NCBI RefSeq assembly: GCF_001194135.2
Contig: NC_068984.1
Span: 87,397,656 to 87,461,655 of the forward strand
Origin: Octopus bimaculoides
Lineage: Eukaryota
Direction of reading: 5' to 3'
DNA length: 64,000 nt
The notes under the pieces were generated by a model. It worked only from the letters and a program-made list of their open reading frames with translations, had not been told where the DNA came from and made no database searches. Shown piece by piece: positions 1-13,400 of this stretch. The stretch's first letter is position 1; each line of letters begins with the position of its first letter. The translations under genes and the position numbers were made by a program.

Positions 1-439
1 ATACATGAAATATGAAAAAAAAAAAATTAGAATTCACGTGACTTAATTCAGAACCATGTACCGGTACTTTGTTAGTGAGATGCTGTACAAACAGCTGTAA
101 TGCATCGTAAATGCAGATGCGTCTCCTCGGGTGAATTTTCAAAAAGTACATTGCTTTTAATTTGCCGTTTTGCTTATTTCAATAACAATACATTTTCGTA
201 ATTGTAGCGTACTATGCGAATAAAATATATAAATGTAAAATAAATAAAGAAATAAAGAAAGAAACGATCTTGCTTTAATTGTACTGGATGCAGACACTGG
301 TTATACTTTCTTATAAATTTGGTAGGATTTGCGGAATGAGCATGCTTCGATTTTGAGTATTTGTTTACTTATTAACTATGTTTACCATTTACTTATTGCT
401 TACATATGAAAATTGTACTATTTTTCATTGAAGTTTTAA

Positions 440-1195
440 TAAATCTTACGATCTCTAAACATAGAATATACTTTGTTGAGTTTGTTCCCTTCAATTGTTG
501 TGTATGTATTCAAACTTTATTTTCATTTCCGTTCTCAATCAACCCTTAGATTCCATTTAATCTTAATTTTGAACTTAAAACTTATCGTTTGCCAAAAATA
601 ATTTCTCGGAAGTTACAACCGATTGTTTTTCAAAATAATATTTAGTTTTAAAAACTGGTAAATTTATTTGCAATTTCTTAAATGTTTCTATATAATATGA
701 ATTGTCTCTTCCATTTACTAACGCAAATTGTATTCTTTCTGATAAAAATATAAATAACTGTTACGATCTCTAAACAGAAAATACTTCTTGTTTAACTTTA
801 TTCCCTTTAACCATTGGGCATTCGTTCAAACTTAATTATTTTTCTATCGTATCTCAGTTAACCTACAAACTGCATTTAATCATAATTTTACAATTAAAAT
901 GTTATCGTCTGCCAAAAAGTATTTCTCAGAAGTTACTTCTGATTGTTAATTTCAGAAAAAATACTCTTTGCTGAATTTTGCTCCCCATTACTACTGTATG
1001 CGCATTTAAACTTTATTATTTTCCTTTCAATTTTCAATTTATCCTCAAGCGGTATTTAATATTAATTTCACATTTAAAATTTATCGTCTGCCAAAAAGAA
1101 TTTTCAGAAGTTACTTCCGATTGTTAATTTTTCAAAATAATTTTCAGTTTTGAAAAACAGTAAATAAATGCACAATATTAAACATTCCTATATAT
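440..1195 (+). repeat. Three degenerate direct repeats upstream of CDC45
   Basis: Shared core TTATCGT(C/T)TGCCAAAAA...GAAGTTAC...GATTGTT at 582, 902 and 1081. Confidence 0.8.
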
Positions 1196-1299
1196 CATTT
1201 CTGTATAATATTATACATTTGTATAAAAGTTAGTTTGTGTGTTAAAATGTGAACTAAAATATCAAACACCACAAAAGCATATATTCTGTGCAATGTTAC

Positions 1300-1400
1300 C
1301 ACAACAGGAAGTGGCTGACGTTTTGATTTAGAAAAAGAGCGGCTAAAAGTTTGAAAGTGTTTGTGATTTCATACAATGTTGATTAAAGATCCGCGAAAAG
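1300..1400 (+). promoter_or_regulatory. Putative TATA-less CDC45 core promoter
   Basis: ETS-like CAGGAAGTG 1305..1313, CRE-like TGACGT 1316..1321, CHR-like TTTGAA 1350..1355, E2F-like TTTCGCGG on the minus strand 1391..1398. All are short motifs, so chance matches are possible. Confidence 0.45.
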
Positions 1401-1426
1401 AAATTTACAGCAAATTTCAAAACCAG
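1376..1426 (+). CDS. CDC45: CDC45 exon 1 (MLIKDPRKEIYSKFQNQ)
   Basis: ATG at 1376, 17 codons, donor gtgata; resembles the CDC45 N-terminus MFVSDFRKEFY. Confidence 0.88.
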
Positions 1427-4400
1427 GTGATATATATATACGTATATATTAATATAGTTCTTACCAGTACACAATCCACCCCTACACATGTAATATGTAT
1501 CATTCTGTTATTGTGTTTGTGTATGTTTGTGTTGACGTTGTAAGAATTTTATAAACTTAATTCTTTTTTGGAACAGTAGATCTCGATGTGCATAAAACTA
1601 TAAATAATAACATGTAAATATTGAGTTGAAAACCCTTCTGGATAGAAAATATAAAATGATACCCACAGATGTGAGTTTCGTGTCTCACCTTTCGATTTTC
1701 AGCCCAATATTTTACATGCTATTATTTATAGCGATATGTGCTTCATGATCCGCTATTCACACACACATATGTCGGGACAGTGGGTCGCGACTGATGGAAT
1801 GTGTTTATGAACATAGCTTCTCTGTTGCACAATCAGTCTTGTAAAATAGAATCAAATACAACCAGAAGAATTTTGAAATAATTTAAAGGTAGACGTATTT
1901 GGAAAATTTTTGCAAAATCTGTGCTGACAACTATGAATATTCTGAAACGAAAAGTTTAACTTTGTATGACGTTTCTGGCGCCTACTGTGGAACAATGCCT
2001 GTCTTTCTTGCAGGCAGATCCCTGCGAAGGGAACAGACAAAAGGTTGCTAAGGTTGAAATAAATGCCTTTAATTCCAGTGTCTTCTTGTGTGAGAACGCT
2101 ATATTCTAAAAAATAAATTCTTACTTTGTATTCTACGATAAAACTAATTTCGTTATTCTTCAGGCATAACTACAGGGTTTTACCCCCTAGACTTTGGGAG
2201 GTCTGTAGTTACCCTGTAGTTATGCCATTCTTCAAACCAATACCCCTTCACCTGTGCCGACGCTCTTCTATACGTATACCTTTGTATATATTTGCATGTG
2301 TTGTGTGTATGTTTATCAAACTTTTCAGATCTCTTCTCGAGCGTTTTGGGCTGTTGAGTATCTTACTAATTTAAATTTTTTTCGTCATTATTAATTCGAA
2401 ATAATTATACTTATAGATAACCTAATTGATGCTTTTTCATAGGCACTAATTTCTTTTGATTAAACGAAAATTCAAATTTTACCTGTACTTAAAAGAACGT
2501 AAATTACTGAGGTTAATTACTCAGTAATTATCTGTAAATTACACGAGCCACGAGATCTTTTCATGGTCGCTTGACATACTAGAAATGACAGCCAAATCTT
2601 CTACCTTCACTGTTATAAACAGTATCTATAACTGAATTGTATCTGGACTGTTTTTGATTATAGATTTCCTATGACATCTTAATGTCTCTATCCAACTTAA
2701 CATTTACTATTTCCATGAAGTTGATACTTACAAATGTGTCTTTAATAAATCTGGTTTTTCTTTTTGCCTGTGCACGAATTCAATTACCATGTTGCTGGCC
2801 ATTTATTTGTGTCTTCTGATTAAAACACAGACAATATGCTACCCATCCAACAGGTAACCGAGTACCTTAGCTGGTCAATTTTCTGCAGTTTGTATTTCAG
2901 ATATCATCATCATCATGATTTAACTGCCATTTTTCCTGCTGGCATGGGTTGGACAGTTTGACAGGATCTGATAGGGCTGCACTAGGCTCCATTGTCTGTT
3001 TTGGAATGGTTTCTATAGCTGGATACCCTTCCTAATACCAACCACTTTACAGTGTACTGAGTGCTTTTTACATGGCACCAGCACTGATATCAATTCTGCA
3101 GTGGTGATGGGTCTTCCTGAGTACAGCAAGGTGCCATATATCTCAGTCCTTTGTCATCTCCTTTATAAGGCTCAGTATCTTGAGATTGCTCTTCACTACT
3201 TCATCCCATGTCCTCCTGGATCTCCCTCTTCTATGAGTTCCATCCACTTTAAACAATTGGCACTTTCGTGTGCAAATGTCTACATCCATATAACTCACAT
3301 GACTATGTACAGTCTTCTCTCTTGTACACCACACCTAATTCCTCCTATGCCTAACTTTTTCCTCAGTATGCTAGTGCTATGTAGCACATGTATAGTGACA
3401 TTATGAATCCAGCAGAGCACACTAACTTCATTCCTCTCTAGCCTTTGCATGTCTTCTGCATTCAATGCCCATGTCTCATTATCATGTAGCATTGCTGTTT
3501 GTGTACATGCATCATACAGTCTTCCTTTCACTTGGAGAGAGAAACTTTTCCTTGCAACAGCGGTAAAAGCTCTCTGAATGTTCTCCATTGTATTCTTATT
3601 CTAGTGATTACACTTTCTGCACATCCTCCCTTATTGCTAATTGGGTCTCCTGGTAGCAGAAATTATCCACTACCTCGGGAGCATTTGTGGCGCCTGTGCA
3701 TCTTCCATATACATGCACTACTTTCTCTCATAAGCCTCCTGTTTTTCCACTGCACCTCTTATGTGTCTATAACTTGCATCATATTGAATTCCTGCCCATA
3801 CTTTTCCTACATATCAAGCAGGACCATTTAACTGATGGGGGTAATATCCTGTCTGTTTTCTTGCTTACTAGAAACTTAGTCTTTGTTAAGTTAACCTTAA
3901 GACCCTTTGATTCCAGGTTTTGCTTCCACACCTGAAATTTCTTTTCTAGTTCTGTTACAAAATCTGCTATCAGAGCAAGATCATCAGCATATAGCAGTTT
4001 CTAGGGGCAGCCAGTCTTGAATTCTTCTGTTATGACCAGGAGTATGATGATGAATAGGAGGGGACTGAGAACTGAACCCTGATGAACGCTTACCTGTCTA
4101 TTAAATTCATCAGTATACTCATGGTTAACTCTCACCTTACTGACAGAACCTCTGTACATGACCTGCACATCTTTCGCTAGCCACTTTTTACCCCTAGTTT
4201 CTTCAGAGCCCACCATATCACACAGTGATATACTCTGTCAGAGGCTTTCTCCAAGTTTGTAACTTTCATACCTGGTCCAGCAATTTGATACCTCTGTAAT
4301 TACTTCTATCTTAGACATCTCCCTTACTCTTGTAGCAGCTGACTATAATACTGTCACACCAGTCATTGGGATGACACCTTCATGGACAACCTGATTAACT

Positions 4401-7400
4401 ATATGGGTGACTAGATCATATCCTACTCTGCAAGATATTTTAAGCATCTCATCAGTGACTCCTGATGGATCAGGGGCTTTCCCTGCCTTCGTATTCTTAA
4501 TTGCCTTATCTATCATACTACTTTCAACATGAATAGCTGATCCTCTGTTGGGTTCATAAAGGAGAGATTACCTTTCTCTCATTCATTCTTCACATTTTAT
4601 TAGCCTTTCATAATAGCTTTCTACACCTCTTCCTTTTCAGAGTCACTGAGTGTAAGCATACCATTATCCATCCATACACACTTCTCTCCCACAATATCTC
4701 AATTCTTTCTGACACACTGTCTAGTGATCCTGAATACCTCAAGTCTCTGATCTTCACTCTGTAAGATGTTGGCAAACTTCTTCCTTTCTGCTTTTGCTCT
4801 TGCTTCATAAACCTGTCACCTAGCTTCCCTCTTAGCTACCTGATATAGCTCTTTGCTGCTTCCATCTCTCTAATCTTTCCAAGCCTGTCTCTTTGCTTGT
4901 AGTGCTCTTTGTACCTCACTGTTCCACCACCAAGTCTCTCTCTGTCAGCCAGAAACTTTGTCCCAGCCAGAGATTTGGTCTGCAGCTTTCAGAAGATTGT
5001 TCCGTAAGAACTTCCAGTTGTCCTCTACTTTATACAATTTCCAGTTGTCCTCTACTTTATACAATTTCCAGTTGTCTTCTACTTCACAACATCCTCCTCT
5101 TTCTCATTAAATACTGTAATTGGAATATCTCTAAATCTCTGACTGTTTGATGGATCTTTGAGTTTCCATAATTTCCTTTTCCAAATTGGTTTGCATCTCT
5201 GTGCCCTGAGTCTGAAGTTGCTAACCACTAACTTATGTTGAGTTATACGTTCCTCACTGGGAAAGGACTATGTATTTATAAGCATCTGTCTACCTCTGCT
5301 TCTGATGAGGATGTAGTCAATCTGGCTTGAGTGCCCATCAAACTAATAAGTGACAAGATGGCTAGCTGGTCTCCTGAAGTTAGTGTTGCAGATGAGCAAG
5401 TCATTTGCGTCACTGAACTCCAGGAGCCTTGTTCCCTCTTCATTTCTAGCATCAAAGCCATTGACGTGTTGCCTAACATGACCATTGATGTCACCAGCTA
5501 CAATAATAAGGTCATTGTCCTTTGTTGTTGAGGTAGACTTCTGAAAGGACTCATAGAAACAGTCTTTCTGTTCATCTGCTAGACTAGCATGTGGAGTATA
5601 TGCAGAGATAAATGTCATTGTTACATTATATAAGACTATTCTTAACTTGATAATTCTGTTGCATACCCTGACTACTTCAGTCACCTTATTTATCGACTTC
5701 TCTGCCAAGAGTATATCTATCCCATCACTACTTCCTATCTAGAAGAATTTGTATCTACACCCCTTACCCACAGCAGTCTAGCTGAGGCTCCCCACCATCA
5801 TACCTCTTGCATGCAACAAACATCCACATTTCTTCAGTCAAGTATTTCAATAATCTCGCCAGACCTACCTTTCATAATGTTGACATTGATCATGGCTGTT
5901 CTAAATTTGTGAACTTCTGGAGAGTGTGAGAGCATGTTGGGGATTGTGTTTGGCATCTGTGAAGAAGAAAAATACGTTTTCAGGCACAATCCTAGAGGTA
6001 ATGAGTCCTTGTACATGTCAATGAAAGCAGTTATAGATATAAGTATAGGTAAATATGCATATGCTACTCAATGTTCACAGTCTCCTTCCAACCCCTCAAG
6101 TTTTCAGGGGGGATGAGGCAGGTGTGGGTGGTGATATTGAAAATAGGTGACATATTTGTACAAAATACTCATACATTTGCTTATGAATAAAAGCATATGT
6201 CATGTGACCACGTGACCAATCAGGCTATCAGATGTTGTTATGCATTACTGGTAACAATGTACTTTTGCATTATTTTAGTCTTCGAATGATGCCACCCTGC
6301 TGGCTAGGCAAGCAGGCCAAAAAGGCACATGGCTCAGTGGTTAGAGCATCAGGCTTACAATCGTGCGGTAGTGAATTTGATTCTCAGACCTTGCTGTGTG
6401 TTGTGTTCTTGAGCAAGACACTTTATTTCATATTGCTCCAGTTCACTCAGCTGTAGAAATGAATTGCAATGTCACTGGTGCCAAGCTGTATCAGCATTTG
6501 CTTTTCCCTTGGATAATGTCAGTGATGTGGAGAAAGGATTGGTATGCATGGACAACTGCTGGTCTTCCATAAATAACCTTGCCAGGACTTGTGCCTTGGA
6601 GGGGGACTTTCTAGGTGCAATCCAATGGTCATTCATGAGTGAAGGGGGTCTCTCCTATTTCTCAAAGGTATGTGCATATATCTGTAATTGTAGTGCTTGA
6701 GAAGACACGTCAAGTTAGGTAAAAGAAAGTGGCCATCCATACATACAGGCAGGTCCGTTATGTCCATGCCTCCCACTCTCTTGCTCTCTCTCTCAGCTGA
6801 GATACTGGGCTCCACTTAAAGAACACTCATGCCAGCACCATGTAAAAAGCACTCATGGTCAGGTCATATAATAGCACCCATACTCATACCACGTAAAAGG
6901 CACCCAAAACATCTGTAGAGTGTATGGCATTAGGAAGGGCATCCAGCTAGAGAAACCGACAAATGGAGCCTGGGCAGCTCTCCGGCTGACCAGCTCCTGT
7001 CAAACTGTCCAACACATGTCAGTATGTTAACTATTGATGGTGATGTGTAGACTAACATAGTTTAAAATATAAAAACTTTATATATGGTTATGTAGACATC
7101 TATGTTTAACTCATTCAAATGCATACATTCTTTTACACACTATACATTCATATATGTATGCATGTGTGTGTCTGACTTTAATAAGAGAGGAAGAGTAAGG
7201 GGAAATAGTCGTAACTGCTGCTTGTTTAGTCTTTGCTTAAACAGGACCTTGTCCACATGGGTTCATCTAGCAAAATACGAATTCATAAAAATATTCATTG
7301 ACGATGCATCTGTAAGAAGCTACAGTGGAGAAACTTTGATGTTAAAATAAATGTTGAAATATGAATTCACAAATATTGCAGCAATGAAAATATGAAAACA

Positions 7401-10400
7401 ATAAAAGCAATGATAATATAGAAAAAGTGAACCATTAGTATTTTCTATTTGTGGATTGAGAGAGCAGAGTGAGAAAGTGAAAATGATTGGGTAGCTACAT
7501 TTTATTGACGAAAGAAAGAGAGTCAAAATTTGTAAAGTAGAGTGGCTTATCTCAGAAAGCTGGAGATTTAAGATAAATACATTTTCAACTTATGTCTTGC
7601 TTGGCTGCAGAAATTCATTTTAGCAGCTGCTCGTTTAGTCTTCGCTTAAATAGGACCCTGTCCACGTGGGTTCATCTAACAGTGAATTTAAGAATCTATT
7701 TACCTGAATGGGAATGGAAATTTGAGTAGATTTCATTACTATGAATATCTCATATTTAAGTATTTATTTTCTGTTTTGCTGAATGCTCCTTTATGGTGAT
7801 ACTGTTGATGACTCTGTAGATCAATTCTTGCATAGAAGAGTCGATGGCATTGACTGCATGGCAATGTTGGTGGAGGACGAGGTTGATTTTGTCAAGCCTT
7901 TCTCTTCTGTCATTTGATTTCTTCCTTTTCTTTTCTGGTGACTTTGAAGTTTATGTTTCTGAAGGTGATGGAATGCCTCCACTTGGTACGGTCTTGGGCT
8001 TGTGTTTCAAACAATTTAGGCTCAAGTCCAATGGCTTTTAATGTTGCTTTGAGTTGGTCCTTGTTTTTTACTTGAAGTGAGCTCACTGAATAAGACTTGG
8101 TGTGAGAATCTTGACTCTTCCATTCTTGCTACATGTCCTGACCATCAAAGACAGTTTTTCATGACTACTACTGCAGCGACAAATAATATTAATACCCATT
8201 GGCATGGCATCTGAGAGAAGCTACGAAGAACTGTTTTGGATGTTAACTAACTGTTATCAGAATACAAATTCACAAAGATATTCATTGACATGGCATCTAA
8301 GAGAGGCTATGGCAAAGTGATTTGGACAAAGTAATATTGCTGAAGTCTAGATGACTTGTTCCTTTGTCATTTCTCATGTTATAAAATATAGCTTCCGTGC
8401 TCACCAGTATAGCTATCCTATTCTCTCTTCATGTGAACATGCTACAATTATAATATGCTTCTCAGTCAACTTTGAGGTAGTTCATATTGGGGCCTCATTG
8501 AAATACCTCCTTTAGCACTCATAATGACTCTTATTCTATTTGTCCCTCGTCTAAGAATTTTTATTTATTTGCTTACTCTGACTACTTCAGTTAGCAGTAC
8601 ATTCTGGAATGAAATGAGTATGCTTCATTGATATGCAACTCGCAAATAAATTGTGACAAAAACTGGATATAAGATGGGATAGATGTAGTGTGCAAGAGAG
8701 AACACTGCTCTGTGTAAACATGTGGTATGAAGGATGATAGAAGTATAAAGAAGAACAGAGAACTGAGAGTGGATGAAATCTGTAGATGAATGAAACCTAG
8801 AATGACATGGGTTGAAGACTGATTGCAGAATGCTGAATCCCAGGAAGACTGCAATAATTAGTGACATGGTGCTGAAAAAGACATGCCTGCCTATGCAAAC
8901 ATGGTGAAATGTCCTTTAAAATAGTGGTGGTGATGAAGTTGGGAGGGATAATGTCTCTAATTTTATTGAATTCATGAAAGCATGTTTGTGTGTTATGAGG
9001 AGAGTTAATTTCTGACATATTAAGTTAGGCTCTTCTGCTTTCTGTAGTGTTTCACTGCATGGTTTATGTTGGATATAGATGCTTGCTTTTTAATTTGTTT
9101 CCTTTATTATTAAAAAAAAGGAAACACCTTGATGTATTGTAGCTAATTTGGAGCAACAAATATTAGAGAAGGCTTTCAAATCAGGATGTCAAGTTTCCTT
9201 GTGATGTTGGTCCTTGTATCTTCAAAGAGGACAACCCCATGGTTGATACATAAATAGTATCACAGTAGTTGATATTCAGAGGAGCATTTAAATGCTATTG
9301 CAAATTTCATGATGTATACAATTGTCATCCTCTTAAGATTTTGCTTGGCATATGTGTTAACAAGGGAACCCTTTTGCAGTCACTCAGCCTGCTTGGAGTA
9401 CTAGACACAATCTCACTCAAATCACATCCTACCATTTCAACAATGGGAGGATATGTTAGATAAAGTAGTACTAGATACATTTTTGATAAAAGATATTCTG
9501 GTCTGACCTGGGCTAAGCAGCAACAATATTACCAGTTGCTTTAATTTCGGGGAAGGGGATAAGTCAATTACATTGACCCCGGTACTCAACTGATATCAAC
9601 TCCAAGAGGATGAAAGACAAAGTCATCCTCGGTGGAATTTGAACTCAGAACGCAAATATGGGCAAAATGCCACCAAGATTTTGCCCAGCCTGCTAACAAT
9701 TCTGCCAGCTCACCGCTTTCGTTGTTTCAATCATATTGGCCAGTGAAAGACCCCCTAGACAATGAAAGATATTTTCGTATGACTGGACCTCAGCAGTATT
9801 TGTTGGTAGTGAAAGTTATCCACTGTCAAGTCAGATGTAGAACTACCTTAGTAGTCAAGGCAGACCGAAGATATGATGTAAGATCAATATATATATCCAA
9901 TGCATGATAGTAAGGAAAATCAAATGTGGAACTAATGACACCAATGATATCACTTTGACCTGAATCCCAGCATGGTGATGTTCTTTATATATAAGCATTG
10001 TCATATTACTTGTGACAGTTACATTAAGTTGTTTACTGCTATTGCTCATCAATATTATTAGTAGTGTGTCAAAAAGAATAATATTTTCATGTTTTAGCAT
10101 GTACTATTAAATGAAATTAGGTTGTTTTTGAGGTTTTATTCCTGGCAGGTGTTTTTTTAGCCACAGGCCAAGCCTTATCAAAGGCATTCCAAGCATGACC
10201 ACCCTGTTTTTTATTCAAACAAACACTATATTTCAAGGACTTTTTTTTTAAATAGTAGCATGTAATATGAAGGAAATTTGGCTGCTATTTTTAGTAGCTT
10301 GAGTGAGACTTCCTCATTAGCTTGTGAAGGCAGTTGTTATGGTTTTTATGTGAATGATACCCATGTGAAAGAGAAAGAGGGGTTTTACCCTTTAGCATTT

Positions 10401-13400
10401 GAACTGGCAATATCCAGCCCAAATATTCTTTCTATTTTATCTTCAAACTAGCCAGATCCAATCTCTTAGACCTACCAAACACTGTCATTCTAAAACTAAA
10501 CAATCTCATCATCAAAATTTTAATGCATGACAAATTTAAAACCATGTGAATAAATAAGCATTACATTTGACTGAATGCTAAATGGTTAAGTCAGCTACAT
10601 GAATTGTTCCTTGTATGTCTTTTAGTGAGGTTCTTTCTATTGCAAGCATTCATTAAAATTTTTTTGTTCCTTGCAGATGTTCAGCTTGAACATTATAGCA
10701 ACATAAATGTGCCAATTTCTAACTGTGGAGGGAACCTGTGGAAGGGGTAGACCCAGGAAGTCATGAGATGAGGTAGTGAAGCCTGATCTTCGAATGTTGG
10801 GCCTCATGGAAGCAATGATAAGTGACCAAGACTTTTGGTGATATGCCATACTTGAGAAGATCTGTCAAACCAAGTAAAATCATAGTCATGGCCAATGCTG
10901 GTGTCATGTAACTGGCACCTGTGCCAGTGGTACGTAAAAAGCACCCATTACTCTCTTGGAGTGGTTGGCATTAGGAAGGACATCCAGCCATAGAAACCAT
11001 GCCAGATCAGACTGGAACTTGGTGTACTTCCCAGCTTACCAGTTTTCTGTCAGACCGTCCAACCCATGCCAGCATGGAAAGCAGATGTTAAATGATGATT
11101 ATGATAATCTCACCAAACTGGCAGGACCTGCAAGGTGGATCAGCATTGTCCCCCTTTTTTTTTACTAACTCGTTATAAATGGAATCACTTTCATAATGAA
11201 AACAAAACTAAATCTATGAATTTCAGTTATTTGCTAATTCCTTAGATGCCACTGATGGTGCTGAATAATGTTCCATGAGGAGTTGTTCTTAGTCCTAGGG
11301 TCAAGCGAATATATAATCAAAGATGCTCCACTATGACTATTTAACCTTTTCTTTTTTTTCCCTAGATAGACATAGTGCTATTAGGGCTAGTTTTTACAAT
11401 GTACTTCCTTTTTTGAGGCTTCTAGCTGGTTGAGTGACCATGTAGAAGCTACTATATACTTGTCATCTGCCAAGTTTCAGTCACAAGGTTTGGGATGACC
11501 TGAACCTATGATAGAAAGCACTTCTAAGGTGCTTGTGGTGGGATTGAACCAAGATTTATGTGGTTGTGAAGTGAACTTTTTAACCAGTGTGAGTGAATTG
11601 GGTGATGGTTGCCATTCTCAATATTTTTGTTATTGATCAAGCAGATCTATAATCAAAGATGTTTCAGTTATGTCTCTTCTTGTTTTATTTTCATTTTTTC
11701 TGAGATAATGTATTATGAACTATATTATCCAATGTGTTCTTTTTTTAAGACAGTAGGCTGTGATTTGAGGAAGATTTTGTGGCTAATTTAAGCAGGTTAA
11801 GTAACCACATAACAACTCTTCCTTGTTGGCTCATGTAAAATAAAGAACTGATGTCAACTGAATGAACAAACACTTGAATTGTCAAATAAACAGTTCATAA
11901 AAATATGCAATTATTAACTTTTTGCTACCATATTTCTGTTGAAATATACTTCCATTGTTTCAATTTTTTTTTTATGAAAGTCCCAAACAATGTGAGAAGG
12001 CACTTAGTGTAAGGGATTATGTAGAAGGTAAAGTTAAGACAAAAGGAATGAATTTACTTGAGACTTGAAAGAGTTTGAGTCATAAGATGGAAGAGAGTTC
12101 CAATGTCTGGCAGTTTGAGGGAAAAAGCTGTGACCATAGAAAGACTTCCATATTCATGGAAGTACAACAGCTTTTGGATGAAGATGCTGTGAGTTTTGAG
12201 TCAGGTGGAGATGGCACAAAGTGATCTGGAACTAAGAGAGAAAGTTCATCAGAGTACTTCCAATAGTAATAACAATAGAAAAACTAAGACTGATAATATC
12301 ACGTTGATGTGACAAGGGTTACAAAGTTGATGCAAAAGAGGGATCAATCAAATTAGAGACTTTCTTCTGAACCCAGCTCAAGGAGAGTCAAGTGACCAGA
12401 TGGGACACCTACTAAATATGACCACAGTGTTCCATACAAGGATGATTTGTGGACTTGTAAAGATACAAAATAGCCTCATATGTGAGGTAGTACTTTGATC
12501 TATACAATGACCCAACATTACAGAAGGCAGACCTACCTATTGACTGTGTATAAGAAAGACCAGATGAAAAAGTAAGACCAGGCAGTTTCAAAGACCTTTC
12601 CTCAAACGGTTTGACTGTCTCACCATGTGATACATCAGGCCCATAATTCATGTAAATGGGAGGAAGATAGGGAACCTGATTCCTAATGAAGGACATCTAT
12701 TTGGTCTTGGCAGGGTTGAAGGTTACTAACCACCTTTTACCCCATTTTTAATTTTGAAAATAATTAAGAATTTAGTAAAATAACCTTGTCATTATTATAA
12801 TTAATGTTTCGAACAAATTAATATGAAATTTTGATGGAATGCATTTGTACCTTAAAACGAAGTCTGTATCATCAAATCATGAGTGGTGTGAGGCAAGTTG
12901 GATTTAATCTTTTAACATTTAAACCAGCCATATCGGGCCTAAACATTCTACCTGTATTATGTTCAAACTAGCTAGATCTGGCTTCTCACACATTCCCTAC
13001 AATGTTATTGTAAAAATAAACAATCACAACATTGAAATCTCAAAGTTATGAGATTAATAAGCATTACATTTGACAGAGTAAACTGAATGCTGAAGGATTA
13101 ATGTCATTCACATCAGTGATGAAAGAATTAATATCTCACAATCAGATGAAGGTTCAATACAGACAAGATCCTCACTTCTTCTTTCATGTGCCCATTCTCC
13201 AATCTTCATTACTGACTTTGTCTTCCTTCCCTGGTCAATAAAGTAAATACCAGTCAGATATTGAGGTTCAATATAATATACTACATTTTTTTCACCAAAA
13301 CTTATATACATGTCCATCATCATCATCATCATCATCATCGTTTAACGTCCGCTTTCCATGCTAGCATGGGTTGGACGATTTGACTGAGGACTGGTGAAAC

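Noticed and set aside
1-160. Minus-strand open frame (MYFLKIHPRRR...) as a head-to-head neighbour such as UFD1
   Set aside because: No recognisable similarity to UFD1 or any protein I know; no convincing splice context.
1660-1715. Minus-strand CTGAAAA...CGAAAC as a hammerhead
   Set aside because: C3-A8 mismatch and no helix I or II pairing.
8600-9460. Penelope RT remnant (ANLEQQILEKA-like peptide)
   Set aside because: Too degenerate; no YxDD or other diagnostic motif readable.
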